Source: Rhodospirillales bacterium
Lineage (GTDB): Bacteria; Pseudomonadota; Alphaproteobacteria; Bin95
Reading direction: 5' to 3'
Assembly: GCA_038143065.1 (NCBI GenBank)
Contig: JAYQLI010000035.1
Location: 2,080,894 to 2,144,893 of the forward strand
DNA: 64,000 nucleotides
Shown here in pieces: positions 20,377-31,182 of the stretch. A program made the translations under genes and the position numbers. The notes below the pieces were generated by a model that was given only the letters and a program-made list of their open reading frames with translations, was not told the origin of the DNA and made no database searches. Position 1 is the first letter of the stretch. The number at the start of each line of letters is the position of its first letter.

Positions 20377-21819
20377 ATGAAATTTGATGAATTCTGACTG
20401 AGTGATCCGATCCTTACGGCTTTAACCGAGGCCGGTTACGAAACACCTACTCCTATTCAGGCAGAAGCTATTCCTGTCGCTCTTATGGGGCGTGATATAC
20501 TTGGTTGTGCCCAAACTGGCACTGGAAAAACGGCTTCTTTTACTCTTCCAATGATCGAAGCTCTGCATAATGGGAGAGCGAAGGCGCGAATGCCGCGAGC
20601 TCTTATCCTAGAGCCCACACGGGAGTTAGCAGCCCAGGTTGCTGAAAATTTTGAGAAGTATGGAACTCACCTGAAGCTCAGTCACGCACTTTTAATCGGC
20701 GGCGAATTTATGACCGAGCAAATGAAAACCTTAGAGCGTGGTGTCGACGTTCTAATTGCGACGCCTGGCCGATTGATGGATATGTTTGAGCGCGGCAAAA
20801 TCATGATGAGTGACGTAAAGATTTTCGTCATAGATGAAGCTGACCGAATGCTCGATATGGGGTTCATTCCAGATGTTGAGCGAATAGCAGGACTTTTGCC
20901 TCGTTTACGTCAAACTATGTTGTTTTCTGCCACGATGCCGCCTGAGATTAAAAGGCGTGCGGATCAGTTCTTGATGAATCCAAAGTCAATTACTGTAGCT
21001 CCTCCTGCGTCTCCTGCTGAAACTGTAGATCAGAAAAAAGTGCGCTGTGGTCCCAGGGATAAAAGACGAATTCTTCGCGATATAATTCGCGGAGAAGATA
21101 TTCAAAATGCAATAATATTCTGCAACCGAAAGCGTGATGTAGATATTCTCGTCCGTTCTCTGAAACAACATAAGTTTAGTGTTGCAGCCCTTCATGGAGA
21201 CATGGCTCAGTTCAAAAGGATGGAAACTCTTGATGAATTCAAGAAAGGGCAGGTAGACATTCTTGTTGCTAGTGACGTAGCAGCCAGAGGACTGGACATT
21301 GTTACTGTTTCTCATGTTTTCAATTTTGATGTGCCCAATCATCCTGATGACTACGTTCACCGTATAGGCCGCACGGGGAGGGCAGGTCGTTCAGGAAAAT
21401 CCTTCACCTTAGTGACAGAGGAAGACGACAAGTCCGTTGCCGCCATTGAACGATTAATGGCAAAAGAAATCCCCGAGCTGAAAATCAAGTCGACGGAAGT
21501 GCCCGATAAAAAGGCCTCCTCTGAGACTTCTTCGCGATCGCACAAAAGTCGCCGTAACGATCAAACCGTCAGGCCTGATAAAAACCAAGCTTCTTCTCAG
21601 CGACAAAATCATGAGACAAAGCGAGATTTTACATCTGAACCGAGGGTAAATAACCGCTCAGATTCCAACAGACGAAGACGTCGCGACTTCGGTGACGATG
21701 GAAATCGTCGCACCCCTTGGGTCGAGCATCCAGCTGATATCCCTGGTCCGCAATCTTTTGGAAAAGATAACACTCCTGCATTTCTTTTGAGGCCAGGTCG
21801 ACAAGTTGTCGCCAAGTGA
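20377..21819 (+). CDS. DEAD-box ATP-dependent RNA helicase (RhlE-like); in-frame TGA at 20395-20397 in the Q-motif region
   Basis: ATG at 20377 gives MKFDEF*LSDPILTALTEAGYETPTPIQAEAIP, in frame with AQTGTGKT, PTRELA, DEAD, SAT and HRIGRTGRAG. Confidence 0.9.
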
Positions 21820-21833
21820 CGGTCTAAGACCTG

Positions 21834-22403
21834 TCAGCCCTCTTCAAGTTCGCTATCCCAGTATAAAAAATCTCCCCAACTTTCATGGAGGTAGTTGGGA
21901 GGGAAGCTACGCCCTCTTTCTTGCAATTCGAAAACAGACGGCTCTCGAGGTGTCCAAAGCAAAGGCATGCGGGCTCGGTCAGGTGTCAGGTTGGCTTTTG
22001 CCACATTGCAGCGGGAGCAGGCCGCAACAACATTTTCCCACGAGGTTACGCCACCTTTCGATCTAGGTATCACATGATCAAATGTAAGATCTGAAGGAGC
22101 GAATTTGCTGCCACAATAAACACAATGAAAGTGATCTCTGAGAAAAACGTTAAATCGTGTGAAGGCAGGCCGTTTTGCTGGAGCAATATATTCTTTCAAA
22201 GATATAACACTGGGCGCTTGCATCTCAAAATTAGGAGAACGAACGGTGACATCTTCATACTCGGCCAGGACGTTGACACGATCTAAAAACACGGCCTTGA
22301 TGGCGTCACGCCAGGACCATAATGATAATGGGAAATAGCTAAGAGGCCGAAAGTCGGCGTTCAGCACTAGAGCGGAGCGTTCGTCTAGCATCGTAGCGTT
22401 CAT
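21834..22403 (-). CDS. HNH endonuclease (McrA-like family)
   Basis: LVLNADFRPL, CVYCG, DHVIPRSKGG and CSRCN motifs. Confidence 0.9.
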   Translation of the reverse strand: MNATMLDERSALVLNADFRPLSYFPLSLWSWRDAIKAVFLDRVNVLAEYEDVTVRSPNFEMQAPSVISLKEYIAPAKRPAFTRFNVFLRDHFHCVYCGSKFAPSDLTFDHVIPRSKGGVTSWENVVAACSRCNVAKANLTPDRARMPLLWTPREPSVFELQERGRSFPPNYLHESWGDFLYWDSELEEG

Positions 22404-22481
22404 TTAATCACTCGACTTATTCTCCACGGATTGTATTTCCGTCTCACAATATATTGATACATATCGGAGCATCATTACAAG

Positions 22482-24308
22482 ATGAAGACAATGTCTAGGG
22501 GTGTGGAGGAAAACCGGAAGGCGCGAGTTGGTGTTTTGAAGATGCTTTGGCCTTACATTTGGCCGAAGGATCGCCCAGTCTTTAAGTTGCGAATTTTATT
22601 AGCCGCCATCTGCCTAGTTCTGGCAAAGGTTTGTAATGTATATGCACCTCATTTTTATAAAGATGCTATCGACAGTTTGGGTGTTGCTGAGAACCTAAGT
22701 GCAGCCCTTTTGGTGGGAGTTATTGTTGCCTATGGGCTGGCTCGCATTGGCGCGACGCTTTTTGGTGAGATTCGCGAAGCGTTATTCGCAGCCGTTGCGC
22801 AAAATGTAGTTCGACAGGTTGGTTGCCGTGTATTTGAGCACTTGCATGCTCTTTCCCTGCGTTTTCATTTGGAACGTCGCACAGGCGGTTTGTCCCGCGC
22901 CATAGAACGGGGCGTTAAAGCAATAGAAACTCTTTTACGCTTTGCAGTTTTCAATATTTTTCCGACGATATTTGAAATTATTGTTGTTTTAATCATCTTG
23001 TGGGTGCTGTTGGATTGGCGGTTTGCTGCGGTGACATTGGTAACCATCGTAATCTATGTGCTCTATACAAAGGAGGTAACTACCTGGCGTCTGGGTATTC
23101 GCCGTCAGATGAATGAGGAAGATAGCCGAGCGCACTCTAAAGCGATTGATAGCCTTCTTAACTATGAAACGGTTAAGTATTTCAATGCAGAAGCGCATGA
23201 AAGTAAGCGCTTCGATCAGGCCTTAGCTGCTTATGAAAAAGCAGCCATTAAGAGTACCATCTCCCTTTCAACTTTGAACGTTGGACAGGCCGCCATTATT
23301 TCTGTTGGGCTAGTTGCCGTAATGGTTATGGCGGGCTTGGGTGTAAAAAATGGCAATATGACCATCGGTGAATTTGTTATGGTCAATGCATATTTAATCC
23401 AATTGTATCAACCATTGAATATGTTTGGATTTGTTTATCGCGAGATTATGCAAAGTCTCATTGATATGGAAAAGATGTTCTCGCTCTTGGATGTGCCGCA
23501 AGAGGTTCAGGATCGTCCAATAGCAAAGCCTCTCAATGTTGCTGCAGGAGAGGTGCGATTTGATAACGTCGTTTTTGGATATGACGAACGGCGCCCAATT
23601 ATTAAAGGGATTTCTTTCACCGTTAGGGCGGGAAAAACTGTAGCTATAGTTGGCCCGTCTGGCTCTGGAAAATCGACTATAGGGAGATTGCTATACCGAT
23701 TTTATGATGTTGGGAGTGGGTCAATCTCAATTGATAATCAAGATATTCGCGACGTTTCCCAGGACAGCTTGCGCGATTGTATCGGTATAGTACCGCAGGA
23801 CACAGTGCTGTTTAATGATAGCCTGATTTATAACGTTCTCTATGGTCGACAGAATGCATCTGAAAAAGAGGCGAGGGAAGCGGCGCGACTTGCACAGATT
23901 GCAGACTTTATCGAAAATTTGCCCGACGGGTGGGCTACGGAAGTTGGTGAGCGCGGTTTGAAGCTTTCGGGTGGCGAAAAGCAGCGTGTTGCCATCGCTA
24001 GAACTATTCTTAAAGACCCACCTATTCTCCTATTAGACGAAGCGACATCAGCGCTTGATACAGCTACTGAACGTGCAATCCAATCCAACCTGGATGAGCT
24101 GGCGCGAGGCCGAACAGCAATTGTGATTGCTCACAGATTATCAACCATAGTGAATGCAGACGAAATTTTAGTGTTTAGGGATGGGATAATTTCGGAGCGG
24201 GGGCAACATCACAAACTGTTAGAGCAGCAAGGCATCTATGCGGAGATGTGGGCTCGTCAACAGGAGGATAAAACAAAGCTTGAACATACAATGAAGGTGC
24301 AGGATTAA
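22482..24308 (+). CDS. ATM1/HMT1-type ABCB transporter (fused permease and ATPase)
   Basis: FHLERRTGGL, DSLLNYETVK, GPSGSGKST, LSGGEKQR and DEATSALD motifs. Confidence 0.93.
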   Translation: MKTMSRGVEENRKARVGVLKMLWPYIWPKDRPVFKLRILLAAICLVLAKVCNVYAPHFYKDAIDSLGVAENLSAALLVGVIVAYGLARIGATLFGEIREALFAAVAQNVVRQVGCRVFEHLHALSLRFHLERRTGGLSRAIERGVKAIETLLRFAVFNIFPTIFEIIVVLIILWVLLDWRFAAVTLVTIVIYVLYTKEVTTWRLGIRRQMNEEDSRAHSKAIDSLLNYETVKYFNAEAHESKRFDQALAAYEKAAIKSTISLSTLNVGQAAIISVGLVAVMVMAGLGVKNGNMTIGEFVMVNAYLIQLYQPLNMFGFVYREIMQSLIDMEKMFSLLDVPQEVQDRPIAKPLNVAAGEVRFDNVVFGYDERRPIIKGISFTVRAGKTVAIVGPSGSGKSTIGRLLYRFYDVGSGSISIDNQDIRDVSQDSLRDCIGIVPQDTVLFNDSLIYNVLYGRQNASEKEAREAARLAQIADFIENLPDGWATEVGERGLKLSGGEKQRVAIARTILKDPPILLLDEATSALDTATERAIQSNLDELARGRTAIVIAHRLSTIVNADEILVFRDGIISERGQHHKLLEQQGIYAEMWARQQEDKTKLEHTMKVQD

Positions 24309-24718
24309 AGGACCTGACCTTGCATTGGTTGCATATAGCAACCGTCGACTCTCCATTCTCCATCGGCTTGCTGAACCATTGGGTAAATGGCTAGGAACAC
24401 TTTCCCATCGTTTGTTACAACTCGCGCGCGTGCCATCCCTTTTCTTCCTGAGGTTTCAACATCGCGAACCTCAAATTTCTGAGGGTTAATCAGAGCAGGA
24501 TAACTAGCCTTAACCATGTTTATGAAAAAGTCCGCTGATACAAAACGAGCTTTAATGCTCGGTGTGGCATAGTTAAATGCGGCACTTGCATTGCCATCCG
24601 AAAAAGCCCGTACCTGGTTTGATATTACATTTCGTATTTCAGATTTATCGTCTGCCATCGACGGAAAACAGAAGGCAATTAGAGCTATAACAAGAGCTTT
24701 GTGTATCCAAGCCGACAT
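24305..24718 (-). CDS. DUF4864-family exported protein
   Basis: Signal peptide; VISNQVRAF...AF.YA.P.I...F and DGEWRVDGC patterns. Confidence 0.75.
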   Translation of the reverse strand: MSAWIHKALVIALIAFCFPSMADDKSEIRNVISNQVRAFSDGNASAAFNYATPSIKARFVSADFFINMVKASYPALINPQKFEVRDVETSGRKGMARARVVTNDGKVFLAIYPMVQQADGEWRVDGCYMQPMQGQVL

Positions 24719-24976
24719 CTTCTCACTCTTTAAAAGGAACTAAATAGTTTACGTGTGTGGCGGTTCTATGGATCAAATTCAGAATTTTTTGGGTTCTGCG
24801 GGGAAATATAGCTTTTTCAGTTGCATGATAATTTAGAGATATTTTAAGCAGAAGTTTGCATGAGCTGACCAGACTAATACGATAAGGCGTAACAGCTTTT
24901 AAGTTTATTGAAAGCATAGACAGCGTTTGAAAATGTCTATTTTGATGGAGCAGAATGAATTGCTCTGAATGCCTGA

Positions 24977-25291
24977 ATGGCCAAAGGAGTTAACCAAATT
25001 AGGCGCTTATTTACTTTGGGTTGTATTTTATTAGCGGCTTTTACACTTGCAGCTGATATTTATGAATGGTGGGCTACAGGTCAATGGGACCTAATTCTTT
25101 TTGGGGATATAGCGTTCAGATTGTTTCCAGAAACTTTGAATATTTTTCAGGCCATAATTCAACGTTATGTTTGGGCATATCTCTGGGACCCCATCGCACA
25201 GACCTTACTTCTTTTGCCTGTATTTCCAGTCCTTGGCACAATCGGGTTAGGAATTTTGATCTGGGATCTTTCTAAACGAAGATTTCAGTAA
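24977..25291 (+). CDS. Hypothetical membrane protein
   Basis: Hydrophobic ORF with LN..QA.IQRY....LWDP, a pattern recalled from alphaproteobacterial hypothetical proteins. Confidence 0.65.
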   Translation: MAKGVNQIRRLFTLGCILLAAFTLAADIYEWWATGQWDLILFGDIAFRLFPETLNIFQAIIQRYVWAYLWDPIAQTLLLLPVFPVLGTIGLGILIWDLSKRRFQ

Positions 25292-25357
25292 GGCGACCCT
25301 AGCAATTCCAAAATGGGGGTTACGCAGCTTTTTAGATTTGGAATCGATTTAGCGAAT

Positions 25358-26512
25358 TTAGCTCATCAGACGCGATAGTACTGCGTTAAGTCTTTGTCGG
25401 CCATCTGCCGTTGCGCACAAATGGGAGTCATTCAATTCAAGAAACCCTCCGTCTATGAGGGTTTTTAATGCTGATTTGTCTGCCAATGCTTCAAGAGACA
25501 GTCCAGTTTGAAAAGAGAGCCTGTCTAGGTTGACGCCTTCTTTGAGCCTTAATCCCATCATGAGATTTTCTTGACCTATTTCCACTGCTGTCAGAGCAAT
25601 TTTTTCAGCTACGCCATTTCCACTAGCCTCTACTCGTGAAATCCATGCTTCTGGGGTTTTTACTTGCCGAAATGCTGTTCTATGGCCGTTGACACCTAAT
25701 CTCCCGTGTGCCCCAGGCCCCACGCCAACCCACGAACCACCGCGCCAATAAATTAAATTATGTCGAGCTTCTTGGCCGGGGTAAGCATGGTTTGAAATCT
25801 CGTAATTTAAGAGTCCTGCCGAAGATAAAACTGATTGGGTTGCCTCGAATAATTGTCCGGCAAAGTCATCTTCTGGTATTTGAAAAAGTCCACGTGCATG
25901 AGCGCCATGGAAGGCAGTTCCTGGTTCGATCGTTAGCTGATACGCAGAAAGATGGCTGCTTCCAAATGATAGAGCTTGGTAGAGTTCATTTTCCCAGGCT
26001 AGCTGAGATTGTTCTGGCAAAGCATAAATAAGATCAAGAGACCAACGATTAAAGGTTTCACTTGCTATCTTTATGGCTTTCAAGGCATCCGCTGCTGAAT
26101 GCTGACGGCCCAAGAATTTTAATGCATCATCATTGAGAGACTGTACGCCAAGAGAAACTCGATTGACGCCTGACGCCGCATACCCCGCGAACCGTTCTGC
26201 TTCAACGGAACTGGGATTGGCTTCCATTGTGATTTCAATGTCGTTACTGAAACCCCATTCCCGTCGAGCTGCATCAATCACCGAAGCAATAACCTCAGGT
26301 TCCATGAGCGATGGGGTGCCGCCACCAAAGAAAATAGTTTCAAGCGGACGGCCATCAGTGTTAGCCGCAAAGTAAGCGATTTCCTCTGTTAAGGCTTTTG
26401 CCCACCGGGACTGATCAATTTCTGCTCGGACGTGACTGTTGAAGTCACAGTAAGGGCATTTAGATTGGCAGAACGGCCAGTGAACGTACAGGCCAAAGCT
26501 ACCTTCATGCAT
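25358..26512 (-). CDS. hemW: Radical SAM heme chaperone HemW
   Basis: YVHWPFCQSKCPYCDFNS, FGGGTPS, YEISN and HNLIYW motifs; in an operon with rdgB and rph. Confidence 0.93.
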   Translation of the reverse strand: MHEGSFGLYVHWPFCQSKCPYCDFNSHVRAEIDQSRWAKALTEEIAYFAANTDGRPLETIFFGGGTPSLMEPEVIASVIDAARREWGFSNDIEITMEANPSSVEAERFAGYAASGVNRVSLGVQSLNDDALKFLGRQHSAADALKAIKIASETFNRWSLDLIYALPEQSQLAWENELYQALSFGSSHLSAYQLTIEPGTAFHGAHARGLFQIPEDDFAGQLFEATQSVLSSAGLLNYEISNHAYPGQEARHNLIYWRGGSWVGVGPGAHGRLGVNGHRTAFRQVKTPEAWISRVEASGNGVAEKIALTAVEIGQENLMMGLRLKEGVNLDRLSFQTGLSLEALADKSALKTLIDGGFLELNDSHLCATADGRQRLNAVLSRLMS

Positions 26513-26521
26513 TAGAACTAC

Positions 26522-27136
26522 TCAGCGCCGAAGACAGGAATCAACAAAAAGTCTGAATGCATGGGCTCGGTGGCTCATGCTGTGCTTAATGTGTGGTTCC
26601 ATTTCACCAAAAGTAATTGCGTGCCCATTTGGCTGAAACATTGGGTCATACCCAAAGCCTTTGTTTCCACGGGGCGGCCAAGCTATGTCGCCCCATACCT
26701 CACCACGAAAGGTGAGAGATTTTCCAGTTGGCCATGCAATAGACAGGCAACATACAAACCAAGCAGTTCGATCTTCTTGTGTGCCCAATTGATCGTTTAT
26801 GCGGGACATCGCTACACTAAAATTCTTATCTGCTCCTGCCCATCTTGCGGAATAGATGCCAGGAGCTCCTTCCAATCCGGCAACACAAAAACCAGAGTCA
26901 TCAGCCAGCGCTGGTAAGTTTGTAAATTGAGCAGACGCATGGGCCTTAAGCCTAGCATTGGCCTCAAATGTATCACCAGTTTCTTCTGGCTCAGGTGCCC
27001 CAAGGTCACCTGCTGAAAGAATTTCTAAACCAAAAGGTTCTAGTAATTCTTGTATCTCGCGGACCTTCCCTGAATTATGAGATGCAACGACTAATTTATC
27101 GCCAGGCGAGAAACTCGTTTCTGTTGTCAAATTCAT
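26522..27136 (-). CDS. rdgB: Non-canonical purine NTP pyrophosphatase
   Basis: ASHNSGK, ADDSG, GFGYDP and SHR motifs. Confidence 0.95.
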   Translation of the reverse strand: MNLTTETSFSPGDKLVVASHNSGKVREIQELLEPFGLEILSAGDLGAPEPEETGDTFEANARLKAHASAQFTNLPALADDSGFCVAGLEGAPGIYSARWAGADKNFSVAMSRINDQLGTQEDRTAWFVCCLSIAWPTGKSLTFRGEVWGDIAWPPRGNKGFGYDPMFQPNGHAITFGEMEPHIKHSMSHRAHAFRLFVDSCLRR

Positions 27137-27858
27137 TCGCTCATCGCTATTGCTTCGGCTTGAGCCTTGCATAAATCGGCAATGCCGTCTGTGGCAAGGT
27201 CTAGGAGTTCGTTAAATTGTAGGCGTGAAAAAGGAGCGCCTTCTGCTGTTCCTTGGACCTCAATTAACATCCCTTCTTTCGTCATCACGAAGTTTGCATC
27301 TGCTTCTGCAGAGGAGTCTTCTTCATAATCTAGATCAATAATGGTTTCACCTTGATAAATACCGCAAGAGATTGCCGCTACTTGGCCAACAATTGGGCTT
27401 CGCGTAATCGCACCTATCTTTTCAAGGCCTCGACAGGCTAATGCAAGAGCTACATAGCCTCCCGTAATTGCAGCAGTTCGGGTTCCCCCATCCGCCTGAA
27501 TGACGTCGCAATCGACCTTAATTTGTACTTCTCCTAGTGTCTTTAAATCTATTATTGCCCGAAGCGAGCGACCAATCAGGCGCTGGATTTCTTGAGTCCG
27601 GCCAGACTGTTTTCCTCGGGCAGCTTCTCGGTCTCCGCGTGTGTGTGTGGCGCGAGGTATCATTCCGTATTCCGCAGTCACCCAGCCGCGCCCAGAATTT
27701 CTCATCCAACCTGGAACGCGATTTTCAACCGACGCAGTGCAAAGCACGTGGGTATCACCAAACTTCGCCATGCAAGCGCCCTCGGCATGCTTGCTCCATC
27801 CTTTTGTTTCAAGTGATATTGATCGGAGTTGATTTCGGTTCCGCCCAGAAGGTCGCAT
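27133..27858 (-). CDS. rph: Ribonuclease PH
   Basis: [24 protein letters not shown] and ADGGTRTA motifs. Confidence 0.97.
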   Translation of the reverse strand: MRPSGRNRNQLRSISLETKGWSKHAEGACMAKFGDTHVLCTASVENRVPGWMRNSGRGWVTAEYGMIPRATHTRGDREAARGKQSGRTQEIQRLIGRSLRAIIDLKTLGEVQIKVDCDVIQADGGTRTAAITGGYVALALACRGLEKIGAITRSPIVGQVAAISCGIYQGETIIDLDYEEDSSAEADANFVMTKEGMLIEVQGTAEGAPFSRLQFNELLDLATDGIADLCKAQAEAIAMSE

Positions 27859-27994
27859 TGACTAGATTCTTCCTTGAAATAATGTTGAGGGTTCTAACTA
27901 TCTGATAAGAATGGGTACCCTTTTGTGGGGTTTTTTACCAGGAAATTTCATCCGAACGCGCTTTGTGCGCTGAATTGATGGTGGTTAAACGCTT

Positions 27995-28165
27995 ATGACC
28001 GAAAAAAATATGAAAAAACAATCTGAGCCCGTTGGATCAGTTGCAGACGATGAAAAAGCATTTACGGATGAGCAAGTGTCGTTAGAAGAGATTGGTGGTC
28101 CTAAGGGCCCCGATCCAACGCGTTTTGGTGACTGGTCAGTGAAAGGTCGATGCATAGACTTCTGA
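27995..28165 (+). CDS. DUF1674 / SdhAF4-like succinate dehydrogenase assembly factor (56 aa; not in the ORF track)
   Basis: Manual translation MTEKNMKKQ...EIGGPKGPDPTRFGDWSVKGRCIDF matches the family C-terminal signature. Confidence 0.9.
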   Translation: MTEKNMKKQSEPVGSVADDEKAFTDEQVSLEEIGGPKGPDPTRFGDWSVKGRCIDF

Positions 28166-28380
28166 TCTCCTCTCCTGTGTCTTATCCTTGATTTGCGGAT
28201 TGTGCATAATTAATTAATTTGGTGCCCTATCGTCTAGGTGCGTTTTCGAGTTCTGGGCCGTGTAAATTTTCAATAATTGTTATATTGCTAGTTTGTAGGC
28301 TTTGAGCGGCTGATCACTGGTCAAGACTTTCGAGTGAGATGCACTGCCCTTTGGCTATGGATTTAAAGGGGCTACGTGTG

Positions 28381-29091
28381 ATGCAATTCTCTGATTTTGA
28401 AGCTCTATCATTTGATTGTTATGGAACTTTGATAGATTGGGAGACAGGAATATGGAACGCCCTACAGTCTATCGTCGTTCGTTCTCAGCTGTCAGTAAAA
28501 CGGGAAGAAGCTTTAGTCGCTTTTGCTGAATTAGAGTCAGCTGCTCAGGCTTCCAGACCAACACAATTCTACCCTCACTTGTTAACCAGCATTCTTCCCC
28601 ACATAGCGGAACGATTTGATGTTGTGGCGTCGGAAGAGGACGCGGCTGCGTTTGGGGCGTCAGTGGGGTTATGGCCAGCATTTCCAGATGCTGCGTCGGC
28701 TCTAAGACGTCTTGGCAAACGTTATAAATTGATAATTCTTTCGAATGTTGATGTTGCCAGTTTTTGCCAAAGTGCAAAACGCTTAGAGGCACCTTTTGAT
28801 TACGTATTTACTGCGCAAGAAATCAGATCTTATAACCCAAATCCCGCAAATTTTGATTTTATGGAAAGTCGATTGGAAGAGGTGGGGATCACAAAAACCA
28901 AGACATTACACGTTGCCCAGTCCTTGTTTCATGACCATCAAGAGGCGACCAGACAAGGTTACGCAACTTGTTGGATTGACAGACGACAAGGTTCAGGTTG
29001 GGGGGCCACTAAAGAAATTGACAATATGCCTAAAACCGATTGGGCTTTTCCATCAATGTCTTCTTTTGCTGATGCAGTAGAAAACGAATAA
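28381..29091 (+). CDS. HAD-superfamily hydrolase (haloacid dehalogenase type II-like)
   Basis: FDCYGTLIDWETG, LSNVD and HVAQSLFHDH motifs. Confidence 0.88.
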   Translation: MQFSDFEALSFDCYGTLIDWETGIWNALQSIVVRSQLSVKREEALVAFAELESAAQASRPTQFYPHLLTSILPHIAERFDVVASEEDAAAFGASVGLWPAFPDAASALRRLGKRYKLIILSNVDVASFCQSAKRLEAPFDYVFTAQEIRSYNPNPANFDFMESRLEEVGITKTKTLHVAQSLFHDHQEATRQGYATCWIDRRQGSGWGATKEIDNMPKTDWAFPSMSSFADAVENE

Positions 29092-29098
29092 AGGATCT

Positions 29099-30484
29099 TT
29101 GAACTTGGTTAGTGTATTACTGAACTCTGCCCGAAATTCTTTGCCTCTTGATGTTGTAGAAACGTCACAATTTTCAATCTGGTGCGATACTCTGCCTAAG
29201 AATTCGCTAACTTGGGTCGAAGCATCTGGTTTTATGGCCAGAGCAGGTGAGACGGTTTTGTTGCCTGACTCGAGTGGTTTGCCTGCCTCTGCAGCACTTG
29301 GTATTTCCAGTTTAGATGATGTGTGGGCTCTTGGAGATGCAGGATTAAAATTACCACCAATACGACCCTATAAAATTCGAACTAAGCTATCAAAGCTGCA
29401 AGCAACTAATGCTGCAATTTCCTGGGCTCTGGGAGCATATAAATTTGACCGTTACAAAACGAAAGGTGGTCACAAAGTTGCCCAGGTGATCTGGCCAAAG
29501 GGCGCAGATAAAACCCTCGCTGAGTCGGTTATTGATGGTGTTTCCCACGCTAGAGATCTTATATCCACTCCCGCTAATGAGATGGGACCAAAGGAATTGG
29601 CTGCCGCTGCTCGAAAGATTGGCCGCCAGCACCGGGCAAAGATCTCAGTAATTGTGGGTGATGATCTTTTAAAAAAGAATTTTCCGACAATCCATGCCGT
29701 TGGACGTGCAAGCTCTCGCGCACCGAGATTAATAGATATGACTTGGGGCAATCCAAGAGCGCCCAAAGTCACCCTTATCGGTAAGGGTGTATGTTTTGAT
29801 ACTGGAGGCCTTGATCTTAAGCCGTCGGGGGCAATGCTTAACATGAAAAAGGATATGGGGGGAGCTGGTAACGTATTGGGGCTTGCCCACTCAATTATGG
29901 CGACGAAGCTTAATATTCGTCTTCGAGTACTTATTCCGGCAGTAGAGAATAGTGTATCAGGCGACGCGTTTCGGCCGCTTGACGTTATCAAGACCCGAAA
30001 GGGTATCACGGTTGAAATTGGTAATACCGATGCCGAAGGACGCCTTGTGCTTTGCGACGCGATAGCCCTCGCCGTGGAAGAAAGCCCAGATCTCGTTATC
30101 GATTGCGCAACGCTGACTGGAGCGGCGCGCGTTGCACTCGGGCCAAGTTTGCCTGCCCTTTTCTGCAACAATGATGCTCTTGCCGCTGATATTCTTGGGG
30201 GTGGTTTAGAGGCAGATGACCAATTTTGGCGTTTACCTCTCCATCAGCCGTACAAAAGCATGTTGAAGGGCGAAGTGGCTGACTTAAATAATGTTTCGTC
30301 AGGTGGTTTTGCCGGAGCCATCACTGCAGCATTGTACCTGCAGGCTTTTATTGAGGACACGGTCCCATGGGCACATATTGATATGATGGCTTGGAATCCA
30401 ACAGGTAGACCTGGTCGTCCCAAAGGCGGTGAAGCTCAAGGTTTGCGAGCGTTATTGTCCATGCTTCAAAAGCGTTATTGCTGA
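29099..30484 (+). CDS. Leucyl aminopeptidase, M17 family (PepB-like)
   Basis: GKGVCFDTGG, MKKDMGG and NTDAEGRL motifs. Confidence 0.93.
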   Translation: MNLVSVLLNSARNSLPLDVVETSQFSIWCDTLPKNSLTWVEASGFMARAGETVLLPDSSGLPASAALGISSLDDVWALGDAGLKLPPIRPYKIRTKLSKLQATNAAISWALGAYKFDRYKTKGGHKVAQVIWPKGADKTLAESVIDGVSHARDLISTPANEMGPKELAAAARKIGRQHRAKISVIVGDDLLKKNFPTIHAVGRASSRAPRLIDMTWGNPRAPKVTLIGKGVCFDTGGLDLKPSGAMLNMKKDMGGAGNVLGLAHSIMATKLNIRLRVLIPAVENSVSGDAFRPLDVIKTRKGITVEIGNTDAEGRLVLCDAIALAVEESPDLVIDCATLTGAARVALGPSLPALFCNNDALAADILGGGLEADDQFWRLPLHQPYKSMLKGEVADLNNVSSGGFAGAITAALYLQAFIEDTVPWAHIDMMAWNPTGRPGRPKGGEAQGLRALLSMLQKRYC

Positions 30485-31182
30485 CCTTTTCGATGAACTA
30501 GTACTGCAATAACTAACCACGCAATAGCTAAACCAAACCAAGTGAATGAATATTGCAGATGATTATCTGGAATATTCGGTTTTGCCTGTCGGCCAGTTAA
30601 ACCCTCAGGAGGGTTGGTCAAGCGAAGAATTAAAGAGGATATCTGGATATCGTTGAGACCGGCTGTTCGGGTTAATGCAATTGGATCAATCCAATACCAG
30701 TCTTTAGGTGGTTGGTTATCAGGGGTGAAAGCGGACGGCTTTCTGGCTGGAATTAAAACACCCTCAATGATAGTAGCGCTGCGAGGAAGAGAGATTTCTT
30801 TGATCTCATTATTTGACCATCCCAACTCAACAGCAATGATTCCTCCATCCTTCAAGCGAAAAGGTGCCGCATACACACTGCCAACCTTCCCAGCTGATGT
30901 AGTTGGAAAAACACGTATTAGATGACCAAGTACCCATGAGCCATTAGCTAGGACTGGGTGCCATGAAAAAGTGCTTTCGGGAATTTTTTCAATTGTAACA
31001 GGAGGTGATGCCAGACCGGCATTAATTTCTGCCAGCATGTTTTGTTTCCATGCACGCCTCTCCCACTGCCAAATCCCGAGTCCTGTAAGAATTAGGAAAC
31101 CCACTATCGATATAACGATAAATATGCGACTTTTCATGGACTTAGAGGGCAGTTGACCGACGTCGATATTGTATGTCGACAA
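30475..31182 (-). CDS. SURF1-family cytochrome oxidase assembly protein
   Basis: LGIWQWER..WK and NHLQYSFTWF motifs; true start probably near 31137. Confidence 0.9.
   Translation of the reverse strand: MSTYNIDVGQLPSKSMKSRIFIVISIVGFLILTGLGIWQWERRAWKQNMLAEINAGLASPPVTIEKIPESTFSWHPVLANGSWVLGHLIRVFPTTSAGKVGSVYAAPFRLKDGGIIAVELGWSNNEIKEISLPRSATIIEGVLIPARKPSAFTPDNQPPKDWYWIDPIALTRTAGLNDIQISSLILRLTNPPEGLTGRQAKPNIPDNHLQYSFTWFGLAIAWLVIAVLVHRKGQQ

Noticed and set aside
20395-20397. TGA in the DEAD-box helicase as a third selenocysteine or as evidence of UGA=Gly recoding
   Set aside because: It is a Gly position with no SECIS-like stem, and many genes in the window end correctly at TGA.
29470-30171. 233-aa antisense ORF, and similar ones such as 45307..45918 and 37656..38108
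   Set aside because: Mirror frames of well-supported genes (M17 peptidase, UGSC protein, tldD).
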